From Dehalococcoidia bacterium (GTDB lineage: Bacteria; Chloroflexota; Dehalococcoidia; Lucifugimonadales; Australimonadaceae): a DNA stretch of 64,000 bases. Shown piece after piece: positions 17,895 through 28,313 of the stretch. The notes under the pieces were generated by a model. The model saw only the letters and a program-made list of their open reading frames with translations. It was not told the origin of the DNA and did not search any database. Position 1 is the first letter of the stretch; each line of letters begins with the position of its first letter. Both the position numbers and the translations under genes were made by a program. Location of the stretch: positions 121,079-185,078 of the forward strand of contig CBDFJL010000003.1 of the NCBI GenBank assembly GCA_965248495.1. The letters run 5' to 3'.

Positions 17895-19664
17895 CTAGAA
17901 GTTGCGGAAGCGCTTCAGGACCACGCCTCGCATCAGGGCGGCCATGGCGAACAGCGCGACCACAATGACCACGGAGAGGGCCGCCGCCTCGCCAAACTCG
18001 CTGGCGTTGAGCCGGTTCCACATCAGCACGCTGAGGACGATGTTGTCCCTGCCGCTGAGCAAGAGGGCGAGCGTGAAGTCGCGGAAGCCCAAGAAGAAGA
18101 TGAGGAGAAAGACGACCATGAGGTTCGGCGCCATCAACGGCACGATGATCCGTCGGAACGTGCTGAGGAACGAGGCGCCGCTGGCCGCGGATGCCTCCTC
18201 CAGCTCGCCGCCGATCTGGGTCAGGCCGGCCACGTGGACGCGGTAGGCCAGGGATAGCCGGTAGGAGTAGGCGAGCACCAGCACCCAAATCGTGCCCCAG
18301 ATGGGAATCCAGCGCGAGACGGTCAGGTAGAAGATGACGAAGGACAGCCCGGCGATGACGCCGGGGATGGCGACGGACGACGACGCGACGAAGTCGAGCA
18401 GGCGCTTGCCCCTCACGTTACGGCGCACGACTATCCAGGCGACGATGATGGAGACGAACGAGACCATCAGGGCACTACCAAACGCGACCACGAACGTATT
18501 GCGCACCGCGAGGCCGAAGCGGCTGTCGTCGAAGATGCGCCGGTAGGAATCGAACGAGAGGTCACCGAACGCAGAGATTGACGGCGCGGCGAACCGGTCC
18601 AGCAGGCTCGTCCACACCAGGATGGACAGCGGGAAGACGATCTGGAAGAGCCCGAAGACGACGATGCCGGCCAACGCGAGGTACTTCCAGCGCCCGAGTT
18701 GTAGGCGCCTCGGTCTAAAGCCCTTGCCCGTCACCGTCGCGAACCGGCTGGCCTGTCTCGTGAGGCGCGCGTAGTAATAGAAGAGGGCGTAGGTGATGAA
18801 CAGGAAGCTGAGCGAGAAGGCGGCGACCTCGCCGTACCGCGCCAGCCCCGCCGCGGGGTTGAGGGCGAAGAAGACGTTCCCCGCGAAGACCTGCCGCCGG
18901 GCACCGAGCCCGATCACCAGTGGCACCTCGAAGGACTCGATGGCGAAGATGAAGGCGAGGATCAGCACGCTGAGGACGGTGGGGAGGAGCAGCGGGAGTG
19001 TCACCCGGCGGAACGTCGCCCACTGCGATGCCCCGGAGGCCGCGCTCGCCTCCTCCAGCGACGAGTCCATGCTGCGCAGGGCCGCCCCCACCAGCAGGAA
19101 GATCAGCGTGGACAGCCCGAGGCCCTGGACGATGATCATCCCGTAGAGAGTAAAGATGTTGAACGGGCCGCTGCCCTCCATTCCAAAGACGTTGCGGATC
19201 GCGACGTTGATGAAGCCGTTGGTCTTGCCCAGCATGAAGATCCATGCCAGGGCCGAGTTGATGGGCGGCATCATGATCGGGATGATGGCCATCACGAAGA
19301 CGGCGTTGCGGAACGGGATATCGGTGCGCTCCACGAGCCACGCCAGCGTCCCACCGACCACGAAGCCCAGAGCCACGGCGCCGAGCGCGAAGAGGCCCGT
19401 GTCCCAGAACGTCGTCCACGTCCTGCTGGTCGCGTAGGCCGCCGGGAGGTTGTCGAACGTGAACTTGGCGCTGGGCTCGAACGGCAGCACGGCGCCGAAT
19501 TCAGGGTTGATGGGGCCGCGGAACGCCGTGAGGACGTTCATCAGCAGCGGCACGCCGATGAGGTACAGCAGAATGAGGACAGCAGCGACCATCACCGCCG
19601 TGTCGAGCGTGAAGCGCAGTCGCAATGCCGAGCGCCGCGGGGGGGCGGCTACTAGGTCTGCCAT
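17895..19664 (-). CDS. ABC transporter permease (AfuB/FbpB-like, two TM repeats)
   Basis: LAWLVERTDIP, two EAA loops (SLEEASAASGAS, ELEEASAASGAS), FATVTGKGFRPR. Confidence 0.93.
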   Translation of the reverse strand: MADLVAAPPRRSALRLRFTLDTAVMVAAVLILLYLIGVPLLMNVLTAFRGPINPEFGAVLPFEPSAKFTFDNLPAAYATSRTWTTFWDTGLFALGAVALGFVVGGTLAWLVERTDIPFRNAVFVMAIIPIMMPPINSALAWIFMLGKTNGFINVAIRNVFGMEGSGPFNIFTLYGMIIVQGLGLSTLIFLLVGAALRSMDSSLEEASAASGASQWATFRRVTLPLLLPTVLSVLILAFIFAIESFEVPLVIGLGARRQVFAGNVFFALNPAAGLARYGEVAAFSLSFLFITYALFYYYARLTRQASRFATVTGKGFRPRRLQLGRWKYLALAGIVVFGLFQIVFPLSILVWTSLLDRFAAPSISAFGDLSFDSYRRIFDDSRFGLAVRNTFVVAFGSALMVSFVSIIVAWIVVRRNVRGKRLLDFVASSSVAIPGVIAGLSFVIFYLTVSRWIPIWGTIWVLVLAYSYRLSLAYRVHVAGLTQIGGELEEASAASGASFLSTFRRIIVPLMAPNLMVVFLLIFFLGFRDFTLALLLSGRDNIVLSVLMWNRLNASEFGEAAALSVVIVVALFAMAALMRGVVLKRFRNF

Positions 19665-19685
19665 GGTTGTCCGATGGACCTTGAG

Positions 19686-19721
19686 GCATCCGGCGGTCCC
19701 GCGAGCGGGACCGCCGGATGC
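19686..19721 (-). promoter_or_regulatory. Intercistronic hairpin between SBP and permease genes
   Basis: gcatccggcggtcccgc-ga-gcgggaccgccggatgc perfect inverted repeat. Confidence 0.75.
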
Positions 19722-19733
19722 GCGCATTAGAGG

Positions 19734-20837
19734 CTACTGTCCGATTACGAACTCGCGAACCGCGCCTGTCAGGCGTGCACGCTCACGCCAGTTCGCGTCG
19801 CTCTCGAGGATCAGCGTAACGTTGCGCTCCGCGACGATGTCGGTGATCGGGTTGTCGACGCCCGTACCTGCCGCCCGTCCGCGGTTGACCTCGTCGAAGT
19901 TGGCCTGCTGGCCCTCTGGGGTGTTCAGCCACCAGAAGAAGAGCTTGGCCGCGTTCGGGTGAGGGCCATCCTTCACCAGGCCGACGGCCAGCCTGGCCGT
20001 GCCCATGTCCTCGGTGAAGAAGAAGCCAACCGGGGCCCCCGAAGCCTGCCCGTTGAGCGTGTTGGGAACGGAGCTGTACATGGCGATGGGGAACTCGCCG
20101 CTCTCCACCAGCTGCAGGTAGGAGTTCGTCAGAGTGATGCCCTGGGTGTCGAAGATTTCCTTCGCCAGGGTCAGGGTCGCGGCCTCTCCCTGCGCCAGCG
20201 CCACGAAGGCGAAGCCCGCGGGGTACAGGAACGGGCTGGCCGTTATCTTCCCATTCCACTTGGGGTCGAGGAAGTCGGTCAGCTTCGTCGGCAGGTCGGC
20301 TTCGTCAAGGAGGTCCGTGTTGTACTCGTGGGCGTAGACGAAGTCCCAGACGATGCCCATGTGGCCCTCGGCCAAGATCAGGTCGTCCGGGTAGCCGAGC
20401 TCGTTCCAGTCGATCTCACCCGGGCCCACGATCAGGCCGCGGGAGATGACCGGCTCGGCGTCCCGTGCGGAACCGGCGAACATGTCGATGTCGATGCGGC
20501 CCGCCTGGCTCTGGGCGATCAGCTTGGCTGAGCGCTCCGTCGGCGAGGCGCCTTCCGTTGAGAATTCGATGCCGGGGAACCGGTCGGTGAAGCCCCGGGC
20601 GGCGATCCGCGCGTACGTGTCGTCACCGTCGAGGACGATGATCTCTCCACCTTCGGCGAGGGCGGCCGCGTAGAGAACGTCCTCAATGGCCTGGGTCGCT
20701 GTCGTCGGCGTCGCGGCGGGCGGCGCCTGCGTGGCGGTGGGCGTCGGGTCGTCGCCACCACAGGCGGCCAACACCAACGCCAGCACGACAGCAAGTACCG
20801 CCAGGGCACCAACTCGATACTGCATACGATTAATCAC
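19734..20837 (-). CDS. ABC transporter substrate-binding lipoprotein (AfuA/FbpA-like)
   Basis: Lipobox LAAC, PTPTAT linker, YNTDLL, DFLDPKWNGK, PHPNAAKLF. GTG start follows GGAGG (alternatives to 20855). Confidence 0.9.
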   Translation of the reverse strand: MINRMQYRVGALAVLAVVLALVLAACGGDDPTPTATQAPPAATPTTATQAIEDVLYAAALAEGGEIIVLDGDDTYARIAARGFTDRFPGIEFSTEGASPTERSAKLIAQSQAGRIDIDMFAGSARDAEPVISRGLIVGPGEIDWNELGYPDDLILAEGHMGIVWDFVYAHEYNTDLLDEADLPTKLTDFLDPKWNGKITASPFLYPAGFAFVALAQGEAATLTLAKEIFDTQGITLTNSYLQLVESGEFPIAMYSSVPNTLNGQASGAPVGFFFTEDMGTARLAVGLVKDGPHPNAAKLFFWWLNTPEGQQANFDEVNRGRAAGTGVDNPITDIVAERNVTLILESDANWRERARLTGAVREFVIGQ

Positions 20838-20882
20838 GATCATTCCTCCGTTCATATTGATCTGGGCCCATTGGCGGTGACG

Positions 20883-22148
20883 TTAGGCTCGCCGCTCCAA
20901 TTCCTCGACGGCCTCGGATGATTCCATGCCGAGGGTCTGTTCCATACCGTGGGCGAAGGTCTCGCCCCCTTGCGATTCGCCGTTGCTCCCGTTGGCGGGC
21001 TGGAGCCCGCGGGCCTGCGTCAGAATCTTGCGCCACACGATGAGCTCCGCGTCGTTTGGGCTGAGCATCTCGGGCGTGTCCCAGCGCTGGTTCCTCATGG
21101 GGTGCATGTCCTGGTTCGAGAAATGAACCAGCATGTGCCACTTGAACCAGAGGTAGTAGTGAGCCCAGATGTAGGCGCGGTGCAGAACGTTGGACGGCCG
21201 CGTCGAGTAGAAGTAGATGACGCGGCTGTTCTCAGCGTCCATGGACACGCAGACACGAGTGTAGGCGTGGGTGGAAGACGTAGTGCGGAACATGGCGGGC
21301 AGGTGGTGGGCCATCCCCCACTCAGGTGTCTTGTGGAACGGCCCCTGGTTGCGACTGCGCCGCACCGCGAACCGGAATATCCACGTCCACGAACGCCTCC
21401 AGCGCGATTGGGGCCACCTGCCCAGCCCGGGGTAGTACTCCCGCTCCGGCCGGGGCAGGTTCTCCGTGGGGGTTGCGCCGACGCCGTTCTTGACCAATAC
21501 GGGGCGCCGGCCGCGCGGGCCGTAGTGGGTCATTCCACCCACGGCGGCGTTCCATGAGTTGCGGTGGACGTAGGGCACGTGGGAGTCCAGCGAGTTCTCC
21601 AGCGCGACGGCCCAGGTGATCGGCCAGTACTGGGTGAACATAAAGACCATGGACTCCGAGTCGGGCTCGAAGAACTCCTCCGGCACGTCCTCTTCGATGG
21701 GCACCGGCTCACCTTCGCCCATCCAGACGAACACGATGCCCTTGAGGGTGCGCGTGGGGTAGTGGCGTGCGCGCGCTTTCCCGGGGATGAGCGAGTCCGG
21801 GCCTTCGGTCAGCACCGCCACACACTCGCCAGTCCCGTCGTAGGTCCACGCGTGGTAGGGACACGTCACCGTGCCATCGAAGTGGACCTCGCCGTCGCCA
21901 AGGTTCCCGCCCCGATGGGGACAGACGCTCCACAGCGCTGCGACCTCGCCGTCCCGTCCGCGGAAGAAGACGAGCTCCTGATCGAGCATCTTGACCTGGG
22001 CCATCTTGCGGCGGCCCACGCGCTTCGCCTGGATACCCGGGTACCAGTACTCCCTGAGTCCGGTCTTCGGGATCAGCCGGCGGCGGTCGCTGACCGTGCC
22101 GTTGGCGTGCGCCGAGTCTCGTTCTATCGATCTGGCTGGGCTTTCCAT
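20883..22148 (-). CDS. Rieske non-heme iron oxygenase R3
   Basis: GLREYWYP, CPH-X17-CPYH, TEGPDS, ENSLDSHVPYVH, FSNQD. Confidence 0.92.
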   Translation of the reverse strand: MESPARSIERDSAHANGTVSDRRRLIPKTGLREYWYPGIQAKRVGRRKMAQVKMLDQELVFFRGRDGEVAALWSVCPHRGGNLGDGEVHFDGTVTCPYHAWTYDGTGECVAVLTEGPDSLIPGKARARHYPTRTLKGIVFVWMGEGEPVPIEEDVPEEFFEPDSESMVFMFTQYWPITWAVALENSLDSHVPYVHRNSWNAAVGGMTHYGPRGRRPVLVKNGVGATPTENLPRPEREYYPGLGRWPQSRWRRSWTWIFRFAVRRSRNQGPFHKTPEWGMAHHLPAMFRTTSSTHAYTRVCVSMDAENSRVIYFYSTRPSNVLHRAYIWAHYYLWFKWHMLVHFSNQDMHPMRNQRWDTPEMLSPNDAELIVWRKILTQARGLQPANGSNGESQGGETFAHGMEQTLGMESSEAVEELERRA

Positions 22149-22314
22149 GGCTCTCTCCCTAAAGAAAGAAATCGCGCGCACGAGATGGACACGCCCAAGA
22201 TGGCCACCATGTTCTAACTGATTGCGGGCCCGAATTCAATCAACCCTCGGCTCACGATGCCGTGCATGCCATCGACAGATGCGGTCGTGGCCATGGCCCG
22301 GCCGACGGCTCAGA

Positions 22315-23562
22315 CTAACCCGCGGGCGCAGGTTGTGGGCTGCGCTCGACGCGACGAACCCCCAACCGCCCTGCGGTCACCATGGCGACCGTAGCGCTGA
22401 CGACGCAGAGCCCGCTTGCTATCCACAGCGCAACGCGGTAGTCGCCCTGCCAGTCGTGGAGGAAGCCGAACAGGGCAGGCGCCGCAAGCCCCAAGACTAA
22501 AAAGCCCTCGACGCTGCCTCGAATCGCACCGAAGCCGCGCCGGCCGAAGGCTTCGCCCGTCGCCGCCCAGAGCAGCGGGTACACACCCTGCGTCCCGGCC
22601 ATCAGGAGCGCCGCGGCACCGACGGCGGCGATACTTTCGCCGAGGTTCAGGACCACGATGCCGACGCCGACAGCAACGATCATTCCCGCCGAGACCTTGA
22701 GACGGTTGAACCGGTCCCCCAACCAGCCCGTGAACACGATGACGGGAACGCTGAGCAGCGCGAACGTGCCGAGCAACCCCGTGGCGGCGGCCTCGGAGAT
22801 GCCCTTGTCGTCGAGGATGGGCACGAAGTGGAAGCCGACAGCGCCCGCCGCACTGGAAAAGGTCATCATGGTCAGCGCGATGAGCCAGTAGGCCGGCGTG
22901 CGCATCGCCTCGCGGAGCGATGTGCCGGCCGAGGGCCCCTGCGGAGCGCCGGAGTGGGCCGCCGCGCGATCGCCGTCCGGCAACTCCCCCAACTCCTCAG
23001 GCGTGTCGCGGGTAACGATCAACGCGGGCAGGCCGACCAGCAGCAGGGCCACGCCCGCCAGTACGCTGGCGACACGCCAGTCCCACCAGATGATCGCGAG
23101 CCCCAGGAGCGGAACGATGATCGCGCCGCCCACGCCGGCGCCGACCTGCAAGAGCGACATGGCCAGCGCTTTGCGGCGGTCGAACCAGTTGTTGATGATG
23201 ACCGACGGCGCCTGGAACAGCAGCACGTGGAAGCCGAGGCTGACAAGGCCCACGTAGACCGCGAAGAGGACAACGACGTTGGTCGCCCCAGCAAGCGCTA
23301 TGTAGCCGGTGCCCGACAGCAGCAGCGTGAACAGCAGCATCCGCCGGGCGCCGAGCCGATCGATGAGGCGGCCGCTGAGGGGCGAGCCCAGGTGCCGGAC
23401 CAGGAGCCCAACGGCAAACAGCGTGGAGATGACCCCGCGGCTGATGCCCAGGTCGGCCTGGATCGGGATCACGAAGAGCGAGCTGCCGTAGAGGTTGATG
23501 CCGCCACCGACCCCACGGACGGTCATCATCGCCCCGAGCACCCGCCAGCCGTGGAACGTCAT
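22315..23562 (-). CDS. MFS transporter (OFA/MCT-like)
   Basis: FHGWRVL, GRLIDRLGARR, NNWFDRRKA, RDTPEELGELPDG. Confidence 0.92.
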   Translation of the reverse strand: MTFHGWRVLGAMMTVRGVGGGINLYGSSLFVIPIQADLGISRGVISTLFAVGLLVRHLGSPLSGRLIDRLGARRMLLFTLLLSGTGYIALAGATNVVVLFAVYVGLVSLGFHVLLFQAPSVIINNWFDRRKALAMSLLQVGAGVGGAIIVPLLGLAIIWWDWRVASVLAGVALLLVGLPALIVTRDTPEELGELPDGDRAAAHSGAPQGPSAGTSLREAMRTPAYWLIALTMMTFSSAAGAVGFHFVPILDDKGISEAAATGLLGTFALLSVPVIVFTGWLGDRFNRLKVSAGMIVAVGVGIVVLNLGESIAAVGAAALLMAGTQGVYPLLWAATGEAFGRRGFGAIRGSVEGFLVLGLAAPALFGFLHDWQGDYRVALWIASGLCVVSATVAMVTAGRLGVRRVERSPQPAPAG

Positions 23563-23718
23563 CGCGGCCTCGCGTTCGGGCGCCGTCCAGCACCGGGCGG
23601 CACCGCCCATGCGGCGCCTCGCCCCGACACTGCCGGCGACGTCGAATTGCGCACGCCGTCGAGAATAGGGCGTGCGGCTTGACGGCGTCAAAGCGGCGAG
23701 TCGGCTAGGATTCGGACG

Positions 23719-24354
23719 ATGGAGCCAACGCAAGCCTCATTCCCGCCGGAGCTCTTTCGTCGCCAGGACGAGTCACCGGACGCCGCGTTCTACGAGACCC
23801 CTCGCCTGGTGGTACACATCGACGAGCCGGCCGTGGAGGCGGTGACGGCCTACCTCGGCGAGGCGCTCCCGGCCGGTGCCCTCGTGCTGGACCTCATGAG
23901 CAGCTGGCGGTCCCACCTGCCCGCCTCGGTCGCCCCCGGCCGGATCGTCGGGCTGGGCATGAACGACGTCGAGCTCGCCGAGAACCCACAGCTCGGCACA
24001 CGCATCGTCCACGACCTGAACGCAGACCCCGTACTGCCGCTGGACTCGGGAGCGTTCGACGCGGCGGTCGTCACCGTCTCCATCCAATACGTCGTGCGGC
24101 CCATCGAGGTATTCAGCGAGGTGCGCCGAGTGCTCAGAGAGCACGGCACTTTTCACGTGATCTTCTCCAATCGCCTGTTCCCGACCAAGGCGGTGGCGGT
24201 CTGGCAGTCGCTCCCGGACCCCCGGCGGCGCGCCGAGCTGATCGCGGGCTACTTCGCGGCAGCGGGTGGGTGGGCGGAGCCGCAGTTCCTCGACCGGAGC
24301 CCCGGTCGCCAATCGGACCCCATCTACGTCGTGCGGGCCACGAGGGCCTGCTAG
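23719..24354 (+). CDS. Class I SAM-dependent methyltransferase
   Basis: RQDESPDAAFYETPRLVVHID, LDLMSSWRSHLP, GLGMN..EL..NP, FSNRLFPTKAV. Confidence 0.9.
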   Translation: MEPTQASFPPELFRRQDESPDAAFYETPRLVVHIDEPAVEAVTAYLGEALPAGALVLDLMSSWRSHLPASVAPGRIVGLGMNDVELAENPQLGTRIVHDLNADPVLPLDSGAFDAAVVTVSIQYVVRPIEVFSEVRRVLREHGTFHVIFSNRLFPTKAVAVWQSLPDPRRRAELIAGYFAAAGGWAEPQFLDRSPGRQSDPIYVVRATRAC

Positions 24355-24370
24355 AGGGCGACGCCGCTTC

Positions 24371-24745
24371 TCAGCCGTCGCCCTTGGACAGCTCGATGTG
24401 GTTTCCGCTCGGATCGTCGAGGTAGACGGAGTAGCCGGAGCCCGACCCGTGCATCCGGACCCCGGTCACCGTCTGCCCCAGGGCCTCGAGCTCGCGCTTG
24501 AGGTCATCGGGGTCGGCCGGGCCTTCGATCTCGAACGTGTGGTGCGGGACTCCATCTTGGGGGCCTAAAGACGCGTCGAACAATCCGAGCGACGTGCCGC
24601 CAAGCCTCAGCCGTGCAACGTCGACGCCCCTAATCTGGTGCGTCATCTGTACCTCGGCCCCGAGCACGTCCCTATAGAAGCCTATTGAGTCATCGAGGTC
24701 CCCCGCGTTGAGGTTCCAAGAGCGCAATCCGGTCGCTTTCACCAT
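24371..24745 (-). CDS. VOC/glyoxalase family protein
   Basis: DLDDSIGFYRDVLG, HHTFEI, SVYLDDPSGNHIEL. Confidence 0.88.
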   Translation of the reverse strand: MVKATGLRSWNLNAGDLDDSIGFYRDVLGAEVQMTHQIRGVDVARLRLGGTSLGLFDASLGPQDGVPHHTFEIEGPADPDDLKRELEALGQTVTGVRMHGSGSGYSVYLDDPSGNHIELSKGDG

Positions 24746-24956
24746 GGCACCCCCCTGATCGAGCGGCGTTTGTAACGCAGGCAATGGTAGCCGCGTTCGG
24801 TCGCCAGCGGGTGGTGCTGGGTGGGAGGGCGGGTCGCACGTCTGATCCCCGGATGGGATAAGCAGGAGGCGCGCACCGCGTAGTACGCTCACCCCCTGTC
24901 CTCGCCATCGAGCTGCTGAGACCGGCGGCATGCGGGGTACGAACGAGGAGGCGGAC

Positions 24957-25391
24957 GTGAACAGGAGAGCGGATTTCCCCGCGCCGGAGTCGGGGCTGGT
25001 GATGGTGCACGAGCTCGCCGTGCGGGACTACGCACGGGCGCGCGCGTTCTATCAAAACGTGTTGGGTGGCGATGTGGTCTTCGAGCGCCCGCCATTCGGT
25101 GTCGTCAAGCTGGCGAACGGCTGGGTCGCCCTCAACGGAAATACCGGGCCGGCCGAGGACAGGCCGGGCGTGATGGTGACGCCACCGTCCGACCCAAGCG
25201 CGGCAAGCGGCTTCATGAACCTCCGTGTGGCCGACATCGCGGCCAGCTACGAGGAGTGGGGCGCGAAGGGCGCCGAGTTCCTGACCCCGCCCATGGACCG
25301 GGGCGGGGAGACCCGTTGCTACATGCGCGACCCCGACGGGTACCTGATCGAGGTCGGCCAGTCCACCGGCCTTCTGGCGCTGCTGCACTAG
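24957..25391 (+). CDS. VOC/glyoxalase family protein
   Basis: RARAFYQNVLG, NLRVADI, CYMRDPDGYLIEVGQ. GTG follows GAGGAG. Confidence 0.9.
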   Translation: MNRRADFPAPESGLVMVHELAVRDYARARAFYQNVLGGDVVFERPPFGVVKLANGWVALNGNTGPAEDRPGVMVTPPSDPSAASGFMNLRVADIAASYEEWGAKGAEFLTPPMDRGGETRCYMRDPDGYLIEVGQSTGLLALLH

Positions 25392-25408
25392 GCTGCCAGA
25401 CCGCGGCG

Positions 25409-26722
25409 CTATCGGACCGGCTCGGCGCTCGGCACCCCGCCGCGCCTGGGTGGCACGGCAAAGGCAACCATGATGGCCGCCGCGAACCACGCCAGCCCGA
25501 CGATCGAGAAGGCGAGCGTGTAGGTGCCCTGCGCGTCGTACAGCACCCCGATCATGAGAGGGCTCGCCGCTCCGAATAACGCCGTCACCGGCCGGATGAG
25601 ACCGAAGATCGCTCCGATGTGGGCCCTGCCGAAGTAGCGGGCCAGCAGGATCGGTTGGAGGATAAAGAACGAACCGAGGGCCACTCCGTGCACGGCCGCG
25701 AACAGCAGCAGCTCGGGCAGCGTGTCCACGGTCAGCATGAACGCGATCGTCGCGCTCGTAACCAGCATCCCGATCGTCCAGAGGTTCCGTGGATGGAACC
25801 TGTCCGAGAGCGTGCCCCACCCGAAGCGCGCGAACATGGAGAAGATCGCGTAGAACGAGACAGAGAACGCCACGACGCTCGGCGCGAACCCCACGCTGGG
25901 GTGGGTGAAGAACCCGTGCCAGTTGGACTGGAAGCCCAGCAGTCCAAGTGACACCAGCGCCACCGCACCGGCAATGAACCAGAACGCCGGAGTCCTCAGC
26001 GCCTCCGCCCGAGTGAACGAGTGCTCACGGGTACTGGAACGGACGGCCTCGTCACCCGCCCCCTCGACGTCGGGAGCCGCATCGTCCGGCAGGAGTCCGA
26101 TGTCCTCAGGCTGGGTCCGGACCAAGAACGCGAGCGGGAACAAGATGGCCAGCGCCGCCAGCCCCAACACGGTCCAGGCCCATCGGAATCCAAGCTCCCC
26201 AACGATGGCCTGAATTACGGGCGGGAAGATCAGGCCCCCGGATGCCGTTCCGAACGCGGCGATGCCGAGCACGCGCCCGCGCCTTTTAATGAACCACTTG
26301 GGCAAGATAGTCTGACCGAAGGCCATGCCCGCGCCTGCCTGCGTCAGACCACCGACGACGCCGAACAGGAAATAGAACTGCAATCGCGCATCGATGATCC
26401 CCAGCCCCCAGAGGTCGTCATTGATGTAACGCAGGGCCAGCAGCGATAGCCCCATCGCGAGGGTGGATACCATCATGAGACGGCGAGGCCCATTCCGCGT
26501 GTCGAACAGTGGGCCGACCCACGGGGCGATGACGGCACTCGTGAGCGAGCGGATGGTGAGCGCTAGGAGAAACTCGGCGCGGCTCCAACCGAACGCCTCA
26601 GTCATCGGCGGCAGCAGGACGCCGGCGCCCCAGAAGCCGATCCCCGGCGCGAAAGCGCCGGCGATGCTCGCGACTCCCACCATGACCCAGCCGTAGAAGA
26701 AGCGCGGCCTGCGCGTTTTCAC
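25409..26722 (-). CDS. MFS transporter (OFA/MCT-like)
   Basis: RFFYGW, PKWFIKRRGR, RTQPEDIGLLPD, YFGRAHIG. Confidence 0.92.
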   Translation of the reverse strand: MKTRRPRFFYGWVMVGVASIAGAFAPGIGFWGAGVLLPPMTEAFGWSRAEFLLALTIRSLTSAVIAPWVGPLFDTRNGPRRLMMVSTLAMGLSLLALRYINDDLWGLGIIDARLQFYFLFGVVGGLTQAGAGMAFGQTILPKWFIKRRGRVLGIAAFGTASGGLIFPPVIQAIVGELGFRWAWTVLGLAALAILFPLAFLVRTQPEDIGLLPDDAAPDVEGAGDEAVRSSTREHSFTRAEALRTPAFWFIAGAVALVSLGLLGFQSNWHGFFTHPSVGFAPSVVAFSVSFYAIFSMFARFGWGTLSDRFHPRNLWTIGMLVTSATIAFMLTVDTLPELLLFAAVHGVALGSFFILQPILLARYFGRAHIGAIFGLIRPVTALFGAASPLMIGVLYDAQGTYTLAFSIVGLAWFAAAIMVAFAVPPRRGGVPSAEPVR

Positions 26723-26874
26723 GGCAGGATTGTATTCGAGAACACGCTTCGCTCTCGGTGACGGTGGGGGCGCGTCTGTCCCACGACACGGCGCCGCGCC
26801 CCGGAGCCGTTCGCGTATAGTCCCCTGGCCAGGTGCGCCGTCTCCCGACAGCCGGTCTTGGCCACGCGGCCCGA

Positions 26875-28224
26875 ATGGCTATACCCCACACGACGGCACC
26901 TCGAGGTGATGGCACGTCCGACTCCGCTCCCGCTGACCGGCCCCGCCGCAGGCCCCGCTTCTTCTACGGCTGGGTCGTCGTCGGTGTCATCACAGTGTCC
27001 CGAATCGCCTCCACGACCCAGCAGAACCAGGTGCTCAGCGTCCTGGTCAAGCCGGTCACCACGGAGTTCGGTTGGTCTCGCTCCGCCTTCATCGCCGCAT
27101 CGAGCATCGGCACGATCCTCGGCGGCCTGACCGCGCTGGTCGTCGGCCCGACCATCGATCGAGTGGGCGCGCGGTGGGTCATGTTCTCGGGGTTCCTGGT
27201 CATGGGCGGGCTGATGATGGCCATGAGCTCGATCCACGCACTGTGGCAGTTCTACCTCGTCCTCATCAGCACGCGGCTCATCCTCCAGGGCGTGTTGAAC
27301 CTTGCCAACAACGTCGTCGTCTCCAAATGGTTCTACCGCAAGCGCGGCCGGGCGTCCGCCATACCGGCGATCGGCCAGCGGGTCGGTGCCGGGGTGATGC
27401 CGTTCTACGCGCAGGCCATGGTGACCAGCTTCGGCTGGCGAAGCGCCATCCTCTCCCTGGGCGTCCTCGTGTGGACGCTGACCCTCGCGCCGGTCGCTGG
27501 TTGGCTGCGCCGCCGTCCCGAGGACATGGGGTTGCTGCCGGACGGCGACCTGCGCGTGGTCGCTCCGGAAGTCGAGGAGGGAACACCGAAGCCGGAGCCC
27601 GTTCGCGTCGAGAGCGAGGTGTCGTTCACGCTCGGCCAGGCGCTCCACACGCGGACGTTCTACATCCTGCTCGTGGTCGTGAGCCTCTCCACGTTCACCA
27701 ACGCGGGGCTCAACTTCAACATGTTCCCCTTACTCACCGACCGTGGGTTGTCCGACTTGCAAGGTGTGACCCTGGTGAGCATCTGGTCCTACGTCGGTAT
27801 CCCGACCACGCTGCTGTGGGGGTTCCTGGCCGACCGGGTTCCGACGCGCTACCTGATGGCGGCGGTGCTCCTCGGCATGGGGCTGGGCGTCGCGACGCTT
27901 TCGCAGGTGCAGTCCTTTGGCGCCGGCGTGGTCTTTGCGCTCGTCCATGGATTCTTCTTCGCCGGCGCGCTGCTGCTCCAGAACCTGATCTTCGCCAACT
28001 ACTTCGGGCGCGCCTCGTTCGGGATGATTCGCGGGTTCATCACTCCATTCCAGATGCTCAGCAATGCGTTCGGGCCGCTTGCCGCGACGCTGGTGTTCGA
28101 CACGCAGGGCGACTACGACCTCATCCTGCTCGTGTGGGCGGTCCTGCTCCCAGTGCTGGCCGTCGCGGTCCTTTTCGCCACGCCGGTGACGCGGCGCGAG
28201 CGCGCACAAATGCCCAGCGCATAG
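26875..28224 (+). CDS. MFS transporter (OFA/MCT-like)
   Basis: RFFYGW, KWFYRKRGRA, RRRPEDMGLLPDG, YFGRASFG. Confidence 0.92.
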   Translation: MAIPHTTAPRGDGTSDSAPADRPRRRPRFFYGWVVVGVITVSRIASTTQQNQVLSVLVKPVTTEFGWSRSAFIAASSIGTILGGLTALVVGPTIDRVGARWVMFSGFLVMGGLMMAMSSIHALWQFYLVLISTRLILQGVLNLANNVVVSKWFYRKRGRASAIPAIGQRVGAGVMPFYAQAMVTSFGWRSAILSLGVLVWTLTLAPVAGWLRRRPEDMGLLPDGDLRVVAPEVEEGTPKPEPVRVESEVSFTLGQALHTRTFYILLVVVSLSTFTNAGLNFNMFPLLTDRGLSDLQGVTLVSIWSYVGIPTTLLWGFLADRVPTRYLMAAVLLGMGLGVATLSQVQSFGAGVVFALVHGFFFAGALLLQNLIFANYFGRASFGMIRGFITPFQMLSNAFGPLAATLVFDTQGDYDLILLVWAVLLPVLAVAVLFATPVTRRERAQMPSA

Positions 28225-28256
28225 CCGGGCCGACTCGCACGCCCAGGCGCGCGAGT

Positions 28257-28285
28257 TTGACATGCGCGGCCAGAGGGACTAAGAC
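28257..28285 (+). promoter_or_regulatory. Putative sigma70 promoter
   Basis: TTGACA-N17-TAAGAC upstream of GGAGG and ATG 28314. Confidence 0.45.
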
Positions 28286-28313
28286 ACGCTCATACAGCAG
28301 TGGAGGAAATCAG